64,000 nt of DNA from an uncultured Solirubrobacteraceae bacterium (GCA_964588985.1 CAZPQW010000006.1:64001-128000); one strand, 5' to 3'. Counted from the first letter of the stretch, positions 29,921-39,773 are shown. Made by a program: numbers and translations. The notes: generated by a model not told the origin, from the sequence alone.

Positions 29921-30597
29921 AGCTCGGCGTAGGGTCCGCCGCAAAGGGGGGCGTGAAGCGCCCCAAAACTCTGGCCGGCTCGCTGATCGAGCTGGTCATC
30001 ATCGTTGCGATCGCGCTTGGGCTCGCGGTCGGCATCCAGGCGTTCATCGTGAAGCCCTACCGCATCCCGAGCGGCTCGATGGAACCGACCTTGAAGATCG
30101 GCCAGCGCGTGCTCGTGGATCGCATCGGCATGCACTTCGGCGGCCCGCACGTTGGCCAGATCGCGGTGTTCCACCCGCCGAAGGGCGCAGAACAGGCGAT
30201 CTGCGGCCCGACGCCGCACAGGGTCACGCCGGGCTCCGGACCGCCGTGCGGGCAGGCCGTCTCGGAAATGGATTCGAGCGTGAACTTCATCAAGCGGATC
30301 GTGGCCGGTCCGGGCGATGAAATCTACGTCAAGGAAGGGCACGCCTACCGCAAGGCCGCGGGTACGACGAAGTTCATCGTCGAGAAGGACTCCTACATCG
30401 CGCCGTGCTCGCCCGGGTCGCTGCCCGAATGCAACTTCCCGACCCCGATCAAGGTCCCCCCGGGCTACTGGTTCATGATGGGCGACAACCGCGCCCACTC
30501 CGACGACAGCCGCTTCTGGGGTCCGGTGCCGAGGAGCTGGATCATCGGCTCGGCGTTCGCCACCTACTGGCCCATCAACAGGATCGGCACTCTTTAG
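29917..30597 (+). CDS. lepB: Signal peptidase I
   Basis: [32 protein letters not shown]. Confidence 0.96.
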   Translation: MKLGVGSAAKGGVKRPKTLAGSLIELVIIVAIALGLAVGIQAFIVKPYRIPSGSMEPTLKIGQRVLVDRIGMHFGGPHVGQIAVFHPPKGAEQAICGPTPHRVTPGSGPPCGQAVSEMDSSVNFIKRIVAGPGDEIYVKEGHAYRKAAGTTKFIVEKDSYIAPCSPGSLPECNFPTPIKVPPGYWFMMGDNRAHSDDSRFWGPVPRSWIIGSAFATYWPINRIGTL

Positions 30598-30659
30598 AGC
30601 GAGGTGGACTGGGGGCAGCGATTTGGTTCCGGCCGATCGTTGCTGCATGATGGTGCACC

Positions 30660-31397
30660 GTGAGCGACCCGGCCCCAGAGAACTCCGCGGAGTCCTCGCC
30701 CGCGGTGCGGCAGGCCGGCTCGACCGCCAGATCGAGGCGTCGCGGTAGGCGCGCGAGCAGCGGCCAGCGCCTGTTCGCGTTCGACCGTCGTCTCGACGTC
30801 CGTTTCGTCGCCGGCGCCGACGAGGCTGGCAGGGGCTGCTTGGCTGGCCCGCTGGTCGCGGCGGGCGTGCTGTTCGACTACGACGCGCTAACAACACGCG
30901 AGCTGCGCGCGTTGAGCGCGCTCAACGACTCCAAGCAGCACACGCACGAGGCGCGCGAGGAGCTGTATCCGCTCGTCTTACGCAGCGCGGCGCGCGTCGT
31001 GGTCGTCTCGCGCTGCGTGCGCGGGATCGACGACCGCGGTCTGCACAAGACCAATCTCGCCGCCCTGCGCGACGCGCTGCGAGGCGTGACCGCCGACATC
31101 GCCGAGGACGTGCTGTGTCTCGTGGACGGCTTCTCCGTCGCGGAGTTCGGGCGCCCGCAACGCGCGATCGTCGAAGGCGACGCGACCAGCGCGGCGATCG
31201 CCGCGGCGTCGATCGTCGCGAAGGTGACCCGCGACCGCTACATGCGCCACGCCGACGTCGCACACCCCGGCTGGCGCTTTGCCGAGCACGTCGGCTACTC
31301 GACCCCGTCGCACCGCGAGGCGATCCTGCAGAACGGCGTCTCGCCGCTGCACCGCATGTCGTTCCAGTCGACTGCATACCAGCAGCTCGCGCTCTAA
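30660..31397 (+). CDS. rnhB: Ribonuclease HII
   Basis: GADEAGRGCLAGP, LNDSK, IAAASIVAKVTRD, HRMSF. Confidence 0.96.
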   Translation: MSDPAPENSAESSPAVRQAGSTARSRRRGRRASSGQRLFAFDRRLDVRFVAGADEAGRGCLAGPLVAAGVLFDYDALTTRELRALSALNDSKQHTHEAREELYPLVLRSAARVVVVSRCVRGIDDRGLHKTNLAALRDALRGVTADIAEDVLCLVDGFSVAEFGRPQRAIVEGDATSAAIAAASIVAKVTRDRYMRHADVAHPGWRFAEHVGYSTPSHREAILQNGVSPLHRMSFQSTAYQQLAL

Positions 31398-31406
31398 ACG
31401 TCTCTG

Positions 31407-31847
31407 CTACCACGCCGCTTCGAGATGGTCGAGGCGCAGCAGTCGATCGTTAGCGTCGACGGTCACGCCGATCGCGTCGAATCGGATCTCGCGTGCGGTT
31501 GGGCGGTCGGCGCGTCGCTCGCTGAGCCACGCCACGGCGAGACGCCGCAGGCGCATCCTCTGCCGGGGCCGCAGCCGCTCCAAGGGACCCTCGACCATTG
31601 GCGTCCTTCCGCGGCCGGTCGAGCGCGCGGTCTTGACCTCTACGAATACGAGCGCCCGCCCGTCGAAGGCGATCAGGTCGATCTCGCCGTGGCGAGTGCG
31701 CACGTTGCGCGCCAGGATGGCGAAGCCCAGGCGGGCGAGGTGCTCCGCCGCTAGCTGCTCCCCGAGCCGGCCGAGGGCGTGCCGAGGGTCACGGGGGCAG
31801 GGAAACAGCTGCGCTCCTTCGGATGATGGTCGCTGAGCGATCGGCAC
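31407..31847 (-). CDS. yraN: YraN family PD-(D/E)xK nuclease
   Basis: LGRLGEQLAA, RNVRTRHGEIDLI, VFVEVKT, RFDAIGV, HLEAAW. Confidence 0.92.
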   Translation of the reverse strand: MPIAQRPSSEGAQLFPCPRDPRHALGRLGEQLAAEHLARLGFAILARNVRTRHGEIDLIAFDGRALVFVEVKTARSTGRGRTPMVEGPLERLRPRQRMRLRRLAVAWLSERRADRPTAREIRFDAIGVTVDANDRLLRLDHLEAAW

Positions 31848-32055
31848 GACAACGACGCTACGAGGCGGGGTGTGTCAGCAGAGCGTCGGTTGTGCCAATT
31901 CGGCGTCAACTTTGTGTCAAAACACGGTCCGCCTGTCGAGCGTCCGTGTAATGGCGCTCCTTGCACCCCCAAGCCTGTCGAGTTTTGCTCAACTCTGGAA
32001 CCACTGACCTGGCTCGATGAGGGGGCCAAGCTCTGGATCGCCGGGGGCAGCCGGT

Positions 32056-32616
32056 CTATGCGTCGAGCCCGGAGCGCAGCTTCGTCAACCCGAGTCGCAT
32101 CCGGCCCTTGACGGTGCCGGGCGGGAGGGCGAGCCGGCATGCGATCTGTTCGTGGGTGAGACCGTCGAAGAAGCCCAGCTGGATCACCTGCCGCTGTGCC
32201 GGGGGCAGCCGCGCGAGGAGCCCTGTCATCTGCTCTGTCTCGGCACGCGCGGCGAAGTCGCTGGGCACGTCGTCAGGGGCGTGCTGGTCATCGAGCCGAC
32301 CCGGCCCTTGCTCGCGCCCGGCGGCCAGCGAACGCAGGCGGGAGAGGTATATCGCGCGGTGACGGACGATACTCATCGCCCAGCCCGCCACCGATCCGCG
32401 TGCCGGCTGATAGGTGGCCCGCGATGACCACATCGAGACGAACGCGTCCTGCACGGCGTCCTGGGCGCAATCGCGGTCGTGACATACAGCCAGTGCGGTG
32501 CGGAATGCGCGTGCGGCGAAACGGTCGTACAGCTCCCCCAGCGCGAGGCGCTCTCCGGCTTGGACCTCCAGCATGAGGACTGCGTCTGTGGGCTCCAGCG
32601 CGCAGGCGGATCTCAT
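32056..32616 (-). CDS. ECF sigma-70 factor (SigK-like)
   Basis: LYDRF, AQDAVQDAFVSMW, LPPAQRQVIQLGFFDGLTHEQIA, GTVKGRMRLGL; ATG 32616 overlaps the upstream stop. Confidence 0.9.
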   Translation of the reverse strand: MRSACALEPTDAVLMLEVQAGERLALGELYDRFAARAFRTALAVCHDRDCAQDAVQDAFVSMWSSRATYQPARGSVAGWAMSIVRHRAIYLSRLRSLAAGREQGPGRLDDQHAPDDVPSDFAARAETEQMTGLLARLPPAQRQVIQLGFFDGLTHEQIACRLALPPGTVKGRMRLGLTKLRSGLDA

Positions 32617-33068
32617 GGGGCACATGCAATGACCTCGATGGGTGCCAGGAAGAACATCTCACATGCGAGGCCCGGCGAGGTCTGGTTGGCGCTCATGAAC
32701 GCCACGACCCGACGTAGTGTCAGGCGCTCGACCGCGGCACTGAAGTCGTCCTCGCGGTCGGCTTGGAATGCCACGCGCCCGTCGATCACGTCGCTCGCTT
32801 CGCCGGCGGCGACCTGTTCCTGCTCGGAGGAGCTGAGGATGTCCTCGAGGATGCACACAACGACGTTGTCATTGATGTAGGTGCTCGCCGTCGTGCGGTC
32901 GTGCCCGTAGACCTCGCCGTACAGTGTCACCATCGCGGCGGAGATAGCGCGGGTGAGGCTCTCTCCACCTGGTAGAGCATGAACGCCTGGCATGAACGCC
33001 TCGGTTCTCCCAGCTCTATCGACGGACGCGCGGACAGGAGCAGAGGAGAAGCCCGGCGCTGAGTCCAC
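32613..33068 (-). CDS. DUF2294 / MpsC-like protein
   Basis: ISAAMVTLY...G...TYINDNVVVCILEDIL...R..FQ...VERLTLRRVVAFMSAN...EMFFL pattern. Confidence 0.75.
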   Translation of the reverse strand: MDSAPGFSSAPVRASVDRAGRTEAFMPGVHALPGGESLTRAISAAMVTLYGEVYGHDRTTASTYINDNVVVCILEDILSSSEQEQVAAGEASDVIDGRVAFQADREDDFSAAVERLTLRRVVAFMSANQTSPGLACEMFFLAPIEVIACAP

Positions 33069-33310
33069 GGATGACTATACGCTCCCGGCCCGGTGAGCGT
33101 CGATGCGATGCGGGGTGGGACGAGGGGGCTACGCGGAGTTTTCCGGACGACGGAATGATCCAAAGCCGTCGCTTTGGTCTATAGGGGTCATAGGGAGGCT
33201 TCGGCTTCAGTGCGCACGAGGTGTTAATTCCGCCTCGGGAGTGCTCCTCGCGAACGTCGGGGGCGACAGGGGCTTCGGCTCACACATATGCCGCACCGAG
33301 GAGGCCGTCG

Positions 33311-36300
33311 ATGGGGTCGCTGTTTCTTTCTGCTCGTAGGGCAATGATTGTGTGGACAGCTTGCGTGGCGGCTCTCGCAGCGGCTTTGAGCGTGTCATCC
33401 GCGCAGGGCGCCGGCGTGAGCCATGAGTCCGCGGCCGTGCGTAGAGAGCTCTCGCAGCAGCTGCAGCAACCGGGTCCGGTCACGGTGTCGCAGGGCGGCG
33501 CAGAAGGGACGGGCACTGCTCCACCCCCGAGTGGAGCACTGGTTCCGAGTCTCTCGAGCGCGTTCTCTGACACGTGGAGCGCGCCGCACAGACCTCTGGT
33601 CACGCGTATCTTCGACGCACCCGTCAACTACCAGGGCTCCGAAGGTGCGTGGCACGCGATCGACAGCACGCTCACACCATCGCCGCTCGGCGGCTATGAA
33701 AACGCGGCGAACAGCTTTTCGCTGCGACTCCCAGAATCGCTGCCCTCCGGGGTTTCTCTGAGCTATCAGGGGCAGTCGGTGTCGTTCTCCATGCAGGGGG
33801 CCTTGACGTCGCTGCCCTCAGTTTCGGGTGACACGGCGACCTACCGAGACGTGCTTGCGTCGACCGACCTGTCCTACGTGTCGGAGCCGACGGGAGTGCG
33901 TGAGATCGTGACGCTGAAGGACGCGGGCGCTCCGACGCAGCTTCGCTACTCACTCGCGCTTCCGGCTGGCATGACTCCTCACGCGGAAGCGGATGGATCG
34001 ATCGCACTGGTCGACAGCGAAGGTGCTGTGCTGTTCACGATCCCGGCAGCGACGGCGTATCGCCCGAGCGCGGGTGCTGCCACGGGGCGCATGCTGGCAC
34101 GCAGCCTCACGGCATCGGGCTCCGGTTGGCTGATCGCGGTCGATACGAGCGAATCGTGGCTTCGTGAAGAGCTCACGACGGGCGCGGTCGCGGTCGACCC
34201 GACGGTCTCGGTGTCGGCGGCGCAGGGGTGCTCCCTCGCAGCTGAATCTCCGAAAACGAGTAGTTGCTCCTCCTCCGAAACGCGCGTCGGATATGACAGC
34301 ACGCACCAGGAGAACCATGCGCTGCTGAAGTTCAGTCTCAGCTCCCTGCCACTCGCCGCCAGCATCCTTAGCGCGAAGCTCGGCCTGTATGTGCAGGCCA
34401 AGAGCACAAGCAGCTCCAAGGCCGTGGGCCTCTATCGCGCCACCAAGCCGTGGACGACAAGCGCCACATGGGAAACCTACGACGGCACGCACGCATGGAT
34501 CAAACCTGGGGGCGACTACGCCAACCCCGAAACCAACTCCGACGCGTCGGTCAACCCCTCCGTGGGCGGTTCGACCGGTTGGTATTACTGGTATCCCACC
34601 AAGATGGTCCAGGAGTGGGTCAACACCACGAATGCTCCAGAAGGCGAAGGCGATGCCAACGAAGGCATGATCGTGAAGGATCAGACTGATAATCAGACGC
34701 CCAACGTGCTGACGATCGCGTCGCCATCGGCGTCAACTGACAAGCCTTACCTTGAAATCTCCTATCAGCGGCGCGGCGTGGGCTCAGAGCCCCAGTACAC
34801 GCAGATCAGCACGCCACTGTCGGCCGGCTCCGCGATGAGCGTCAACGTGGCGAGCGGCAACCTGATGCTGCAGAGCTCCCAGCTGCAAATCGCGGGCGTC
34901 GCCGGGCTCGGGTATAGCGACGCGCGAACGTGGAACGGCTTGAACGGGGAAAAGCAGGAATATGGACACTGGGACGACTCCAACTCCATCGGAGTGAGCG
35001 AGAGTGGCGACGGATCGATCATCCTCGAGGATGGCGTGGGTACGTGGTTTGACTTTCAAAGGCAAGGCAGCGGCTCATTCATCACCCCGCCGGGCATCAA
35101 GGCGACGATGTGCGGGGTCGGTAGCCCCTCCCCGTGCCCGGCGTCGCTGCCGTCAGGGATCACCCACCAACTGATCTACGACCAAAGCCAGGCGCTCGTC
35201 GACTTCAACAGCTCCGGCAGCGAGGTACAGCAGCAGGATCGCTACGGGAACACGATCGCAAAGGAATGGACCGGGGAACACACCAAGGTCTACACCGACA
35301 CGCAGGGTCGTAAAATTGAAATGAACATGAGCGGCCCCGAAAGCTACATAAGCGAAATCAAGGACCTCAGCGGCTCGCGAAACGTCAAATTTAGCTACAA
35401 AACATTCGAAGAAGCCGAACCAGAGCTGCAGAGCGCCACCGATGCTGCCGGGAACACGACCTCCTACGAATACGCCAACTACACGGTCACAAAGATCACC
35501 GACCCGAACGGCAACGTCACGAAGCTCGCCTATGACAGTCAGAGGCGCATCACAGAAATCAACCGGACCACCAACTCCGAACACACGACTGGTCCGACGA
35601 CAAAGTTTACGTACTACGATCCCGGGCATGCCCCGACACCCTGCACCGCCACGCAGAGGGCCACAGTCGTCAAGGATGCCGACTGGACGGCGGTCAAAGC
35701 CCACGAAACGCTCTACTGCTCAAACGTGCTCGACGAGGTGGAAAAGACCATCGACGCGGCCGGCAACGCCAGCGAAGCTGTATATAACCCATTCGGGGAC
35801 TTGACCACGACCACGGCGGCCGCTCCCGGCAACAGCGAAAGTGGGAACGCAACGAGCTATGGCTATGACAAAGCCGGGGTCAACGTGGAATGCGTCGTGA
35901 CGGGTACGTCAACCTCGGTGTCCTCATGTCCGTCTTCGCCGAATGAATCGGCGCTCGTGACGAGCTTCAGCTACAAGGACACCAAGAACCCCCACTCGGT
36001 GACCCAATCGCAGAATCCCGAGGGGCAGAGCGTATTCGCCTGTTACAACGAAGGGCACCAGGAAGAAAGCTCAGGACCGGCATGCCCGACGACGGCCAGC
36101 GGACCGGCTGGCAGCCCTCAAAATAAGACCGACCAGCTTTCCGAACAGAAGGAACTGAAGTACACCTATAACTCAAATGGCACGATCAGCTCCTCAACAG
36201 ACGCTGACGGCCACACCACGAGCTACGAATACGACGCCAAAGGGAACCCGAAGAAGATCACGCCCCCCACGGGGTCCGCGATCGGAGCTACGACCATCAC

Positions 36301-37984
36301 GGTGGACGCTGACAGCCGCCCGCACGTGATCACCGACGGCGCGGGACACATCGAGACGATCACCTACAACAACGACAGCCAGGCAACCGAGATCGCCTAC
36401 ACCGGGACCGGCACGGCCAGGACCGTCAAATATGAATACGACGGGGACGGCAATATCGCCAAACGTGTCGACCCGACCGGGACCACGAAATACACCGTCG
36501 ACTCGCTGAATCGCGTGACCAAGGAAGAACTACCCGGCTCTCTCACTAACAGCTACGAATATGACGCCGCGTCGAACATGACGGCGTTCATCGACGGCGG
36601 AGGGACGACCAGCTACAAATACAACGGCTTGAACGAGCTGGAATCGATGACTGAGCCCGGGGCAAGCAAATCCACGACGTTCTCCTACGACAACGACCAT
36701 CGGATTACAAAGGTCAGCTATCCCTCCGGCGCGAGCGAGAACTACAAGCTCGAACCAACCACTGGACGCCCAGAAACCATCACGGCCGAAGGTGTCAGCG
36801 GGACGACCGTACCAAAACTCACATACGCCTACAAGGAAGGCAAATACACGACGAGCTTGACCGAGAAGCTGACCGAATCAACCGGCAATTCCACCGTCTA
36901 CTCCTACGACGCCCTGGACCGTCTGAAGACAGCGGTGAGCGAAGGCACCAACCCCTCGCTCTACGAATTCAAGCTCGACGGGGCCGGCAACCGCACCCAG
37001 CAGACCGTCAACCCAACCGGAGCGACGGGCGGCGAAGCGACCTACTACGCCTACAACACCGGCAACGAGCTCGAATGCCGCCAAACGGTAGCTCCGCCAT
37101 GCTCGAAAAGCTCATCGACCGAACTGTCCGCCTACAAATATGACGAAGCTGGACACGAGACCGCGATCACACCGAAGAGCGACACCAGCGGCACGACCTT
37201 CGAATTCAACGCCGCGAGCGAGCTCTCGAGCCTCACACCGTCGGGGAGCGGAGCGCTGGCACTGGGCTACGCAGGCACCGGCCCGGACGACCTCGTTGGC
37301 GTTGGTAGCGCGAATACGTTGCAGAGCAGCCAGCTCGGCCTCACCCGAGAAGTGAGCTCGGCCGGGACCAGCTACTACGCTCGCACCCCCAGCGGCCTGC
37401 TGGTCGACCAGCGCACCCCTTCGGGCAACTACAACCCTTTGTATGACGCCCAGGGGGATATCATCGGCCTCGTGAACTCAAGCGGCAAAGTCGAACGCAC
37501 ATTCCGCTACGGCCCATATGGCGAGAACATAAAAAGCGCCGGCACCCAGACCGTCCCCTACCCCTTCGGGTTCAAGAGCGGCTATCGCATGCCCGGCGGA
37601 AACGCCGGCCACGGAAACGTCGCCAACGGCCTCATCCACTACGGGCAGCGCTATTACGACCCCACCACCGGACGCTGGACACAGCAAGACCCACGCAGCC
37701 ATCCAGGCAGCACGACACAGGGAGATCGGTTCCCCTTCGCGGGGAGCGACCCGATCAACAAGAGCGATCCGAGCGGGTTGGAACTCGAAGAAGAATGGGA
37801 AGAAATTGAAGGTACCGTCGAAGAACTGGGAGAATTCGGCACCACCGCCGCAGGGGGGGCGGTAAGTGGGTGTGGGGCGGGTGTTGTGTATTTCGCCGAG
37901 GCTGGACCGTACGGTTGGGCGGCGGGATGTGCGATTGGCGGGTTTATAGGCTACGAAGGTGGCGACACCGCCGGGGTCGAATAG
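33311..37984 (+). CDS. Secreted WapA-like RHS/YD-repeat polymorphic toxin with DNRLRE domain
   Basis: GAGGAGG RBS before ATG 33311, signal peptide, DNRLRE-type segment (ALLKFSLSSLP...ILSAKLGLY...WTTSATW), YD repeats, core HYGQRYYDPTTGRWTQQDP...PINKSDPSGL. Confidence 0.9.
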   Translation: MGSLFLSARRAMIVWTACVAALAAALSVSSAQGAGVSHESAAVRRELSQQLQQPGPVTVSQGGAEGTGTAPPPSGALVPSLSSAFSDTWSAPHRPLVTRIFDAPVNYQGSEGAWHAIDSTLTPSPLGGYENAANSFSLRLPESLPSGVSLSYQGQSVSFSMQGALTSLPSVSGDTATYRDVLASTDLSYVSEPTGVREIVTLKDAGAPTQLRYSLALPAGMTPHAEADGSIALVDSEGAVLFTIPAATAYRPSAGAATGRMLARSLTASGSGWLIAVDTSESWLREELTTGAVAVDPTVSVSAAQGCSLAAESPKTSSCSSSETRVGYDSTHQENHALLKFSLSSLPLAASILSAKLGLYVQAKSTSSSKAVGLYRATKPWTTSATWETYDGTHAWIKPGGDYANPETNSDASVNPSVGGSTGWYYWYPTKMVQEWVNTTNAPEGEGDANEGMIVKDQTDNQTPNVLTIASPSASTDKPYLEISYQRRGVGSEPQYTQISTPLSAGSAMSVNVASGNLMLQSSQLQIAGVAGLGYSDARTWNGLNGEKQEYGHWDDSNSIGVSESGDGSIILEDGVGTWFDFQRQGSGSFITPPGIKATMCGVGSPSPCPASLPSGITHQLIYDQSQALVDFNSSGSEVQQQDRYGNTIAKEWTGEHTKVYTDTQGRKIEMNMSGPESYISEIKDLSGSRNVKFSYKTFEEAEPELQSATDAAGNTTSYEYANYTVTKITDPNGNVTKLAYDSQRRITEINRTTNSEHTTGPTTKFTYYDPGHAPTPCTATQRATVVKDADWTAVKAHETLYCSNVLDEVEKTIDAAGNASEAVYNPFGDLTTTTAAAPGNSESGNATSYGYDKAGVNVECVVTGTSTSVSSCPSSPNESALVTSFSYKDTKNPHSVTQSQNPEGQSVFACYNEGHQEESSGPACPTTASGPAGSPQNKTDQLSEQKELKYTYNSNGTISSSTDADGHTTSYEYDAKGNPKKITPPTGSAIGATTITVDADSRPHVITDGAGHIETITYNNDSQATEIAYTGTGTARTVKYEYDGDGNIAKRVDPTGTTKYTVDSLNRVTKEELPGSLTNSYEYDAASNMTAFIDGGGTTSYKYNGLNELESMTEPGASKSTTFSYDNDHRITKVSYPSGASENYKLEPTTGRPETITAEGVSGTTVPKLTYAYKEGKYTTSLTEKLTESTGNSTVYSYDALDRLKTAVSEGTNPSLYEFKLDGAGNRTQQTVNPTGATGGEATYYAYNTGNELECRQTVAPPCSKSSSTELSAYKYDEAGHETAITPKSDTSGTTFEFNAASELSSLTPSGSGALALGYAGTGPDDLVGVGSANTLQSSQLGLTREVSSAGTSYYARTPSGLLVDQRTPSGNYNPLYDAQGDIIGLVNSSGKVERTFRYGPYGENIKSAGTQTVPYPFGFKSGYRMPGGNAGHGNVANGLIHYGQRYYDPTTGRWTQQDPRSHPGSTTQGDRFPFAGSDPINKSDPSGLELEEEWEEIEGTVEELGEFGTTAAGGAVSGCGAGVVYFAEAGPYGWAAGCAIGGFIGYEGGDTAGVE

Positions 37985-38084
37985 GCGTGTTACGTCGTCC
38001 CCTCGGGCTGGGACGCTGTGCCTGTCAGGACAGGCACAGCCGACACGCACGAACCCCTGAAGCGATCGACGCCGACTCGTCACC

Positions 38085-38438
38085 GTGCTAGCTGCCACAG
38101 GCATCAGGATAACGCGGGAGTCCGGGTTTGTCATCGACCGTATTAGGGCATATAAGGTCGTCCTGGACAAGAGAGTGATTGCGAGCCTGCACGAGGGCGA
38201 AACAAAGCACCTGGACGTGGCGCCGGGAGCCCACGGTTTGCATTTGCGCATTGACTACTGCCGCAGTCAAAGCGTCAGGTTCGAGGTTCAACCGGGGGAG
38301 ATAGTCGAGTTTACGTGCCGGCCAAATGCACGGATGTGGACGGCGCCGTTTTTCCTGACCGTCGGCCGCACTCACTACCTGTCGTTGCGGCGGATTCCCA
38401 CCGCGGAGACACAGCGCCAGGATACGGGCCTATGCTAG
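38085..38438 (+). CDS. Small beta-sandwich (PEGA/DUF2846-like) protein, candidate immunity or accessory protein
   Basis: RAYKVVLD...LHEGET...VAPGAHGLHLRIDY...VQPGEIVEFTC; immediately downstream of the RHS gene. Confidence 0.55.
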   Translation: MLAATGIRITRESGFVIDRIRAYKVVLDKRVIASLHEGETKHLDVAPGAHGLHLRIDYCRSQSVRFEVQPGEIVEFTCRPNARMWTAPFFLTVGRTHYLSLRRIPTAETQRQDTGLC

Positions 38439-38602
38439 TGCCCTATCGAGCAGTCGTGTTCGCCCTCGCGGTCGCATTTCTTGTTTTCCTAGCGGCGCGC
38501 GGGAATCTCTGGGCGCTGGTGGTGCTTGTGGTGTTCGTCGGACTGTCGCTGGGCCAAGCGAAGCTCAGGCGCGACAGCCGTGATCGGGATCGCGGCCGGT
38601 AG
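38432..38602 (+). CDS. Small two-TM membrane protein, candidate immunity protein
   Basis: MLVPYRAVVFALAVAFLVFLAARGNLWALVVLVVFVGLSLGQAKLRR...; overlaps the previous stop. Confidence 0.45.
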   Translation: MLVPYRAVVFALAVAFLVFLAARGNLWALVVLVVFVGLSLGQAKLRRDSRDRDRGR

Positions 38603-38913
38603 CCGTACGGTTACTCGATCACACCGTCGCAGTCTCTCGGGGCGGCGAGATCCGGACTCGTGTTTACATGGACGTGTTTGGCTTCGTCTCCGGCCCAACC
38701 GAATCAGTCTGACTGCCTTTGGTATCTCACGCCCGGTCCCATCCGCGACCGAGCGGCACCTCCTGCCGTTGCTGTTCAGCCGCGCTCGAGAGCAAAACTC
38801 CAGCTTCTTTGCGGACTGAACCAGCGGGGCTGCAACCGGCGCAGTCGGAAGGACAGCTACGTCGACGCTGCGGCCGTCACGGACTTGCATACCTCCCCGG
38901 ACGAACCTGAGTC

Positions 38914-39210
38914 CTAGGCCGCCTTCGCGGTCACCGCCTCACGTGAGCTCGCGCTCGAGCTGCGCCTGGTCGTCTGGCGCTGCGCCGCCGGCTTCGCGGG
39001 GCGTCTGATCAGCGAGAAGTCCCAGCCGTCGGCGCCCTCGAAACCCTCGGCATCCTCCGCGTCTCCGATCGCCCAGGCGAGTCGCTCGATCAACTGCGCG
39101 GCGGCATGCTCGGTGCTGAGGTGCACCGAGCTGACGCTCTCGCTGAGCAGCACCGGCGCGTCGCTTGACTGCGATGAAACGGGGTCGGCTGTGACGGTGA
39201 TGCGCGGCAT
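38914..39210 (-). CDS. Hypothetical protein
   Basis: AAGGAG RBS before ATG 39210; MPRITVTAD...VLLSESV...AAQLIERLAWAIGDAE. Confidence 0.7.
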   Translation of the reverse strand: MPRITVTADPVSSQSSDAPVLLSESVSSVHLSTEHAAAQLIERLAWAIGDAEDAEGFEGADGWDFSLIRRPAKPAAQRQTTRRSSSASSREAVTAKAA

Positions 39211-39273
39211 GGGAAGCTCCTTTTGGTCTAGATGGGGCAGGTGGGTGAGGGTGATTTCCATCTAAATCTATCA

Positions 39274-39289
39274 AGATTATGCATAATCT
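39274..39289. promoter_or_regulatory. Perfect 16-bp palindrome, putative operator
   Basis: AGATTATGCATAATCT in an AT-rich divergent intergenic region. Confidence 0.55.
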
Positions 39290-39335
39290 CAAGGGGGAGT
39301 CGAAATCGCCCACGCTCGCGTACCCTCCAGCGCCC

Positions 39336-39773
39336 GTGGCCGATAACTCCATCAGCACCAGGCCGAGTCCAGACGGCGAGCACTCGTTCGACGGCGTCAC
39401 GAGCTTCATCGGCATGCGCTGGGAGGACCCGCAGACGGTCCGCCTGCAGATTCGCCCGGAGCTGATGAACCGCGGTGGCCTGCTCTCGGGCGTGGTGACG
39501 TACGCGCTCGTGGACTACTGCATGGGCTCCACGTTGTGGGTGGAGACGACGAAGGACGAGCACATTGCGACGATCAACATCTCGATCAACTACATCCAGA
39601 CCGCCACCGAGGGCGAGATCGTGTGCCGCTCGACGCTCGACCGGCGCAATCGCTCGAGCGCGGTGATGCGCAGTGAGATACATCACGAGGACGGGCGATT
39701 GATGGTCACGGCGATCGGCAGCTACACGATCTTCCCCGCCCGCAAGCGGTTCACGACCCCGCCCGAGAGCTGA
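39336..39773 (+). CDS. PaaI family hotdog-fold thioesterase
   Basis: [30 protein letters not shown]; start probably GTG 39336. Confidence 0.85.
   Translation: MADNSISTRPSPDGEHSFDGVTSFIGMRWEDPQTVRLQIRPELMNRGGLLSGVVTYALVDYCMGSTLWVETTKDEHIATINISINYIQTATEGEIVCRSTLDRRNRSSAVMRSEIHHEDGRLMVTAIGSYTIFPARKRFTTPPES

Noticed and set aside
38603-38913. tRNA/ncRNA or orphan toxin cassette downstream of the RHS locus
   Set aside because: No cloverleaf or T-loop motif, and no RHS core remnant recognisable by eye.
39260-39300. dif site (given xerC in the window)
   Set aside because: The palindrome lacks the 11-6-11 XerC/XerD arm layout and the TTATGTxAA arm.
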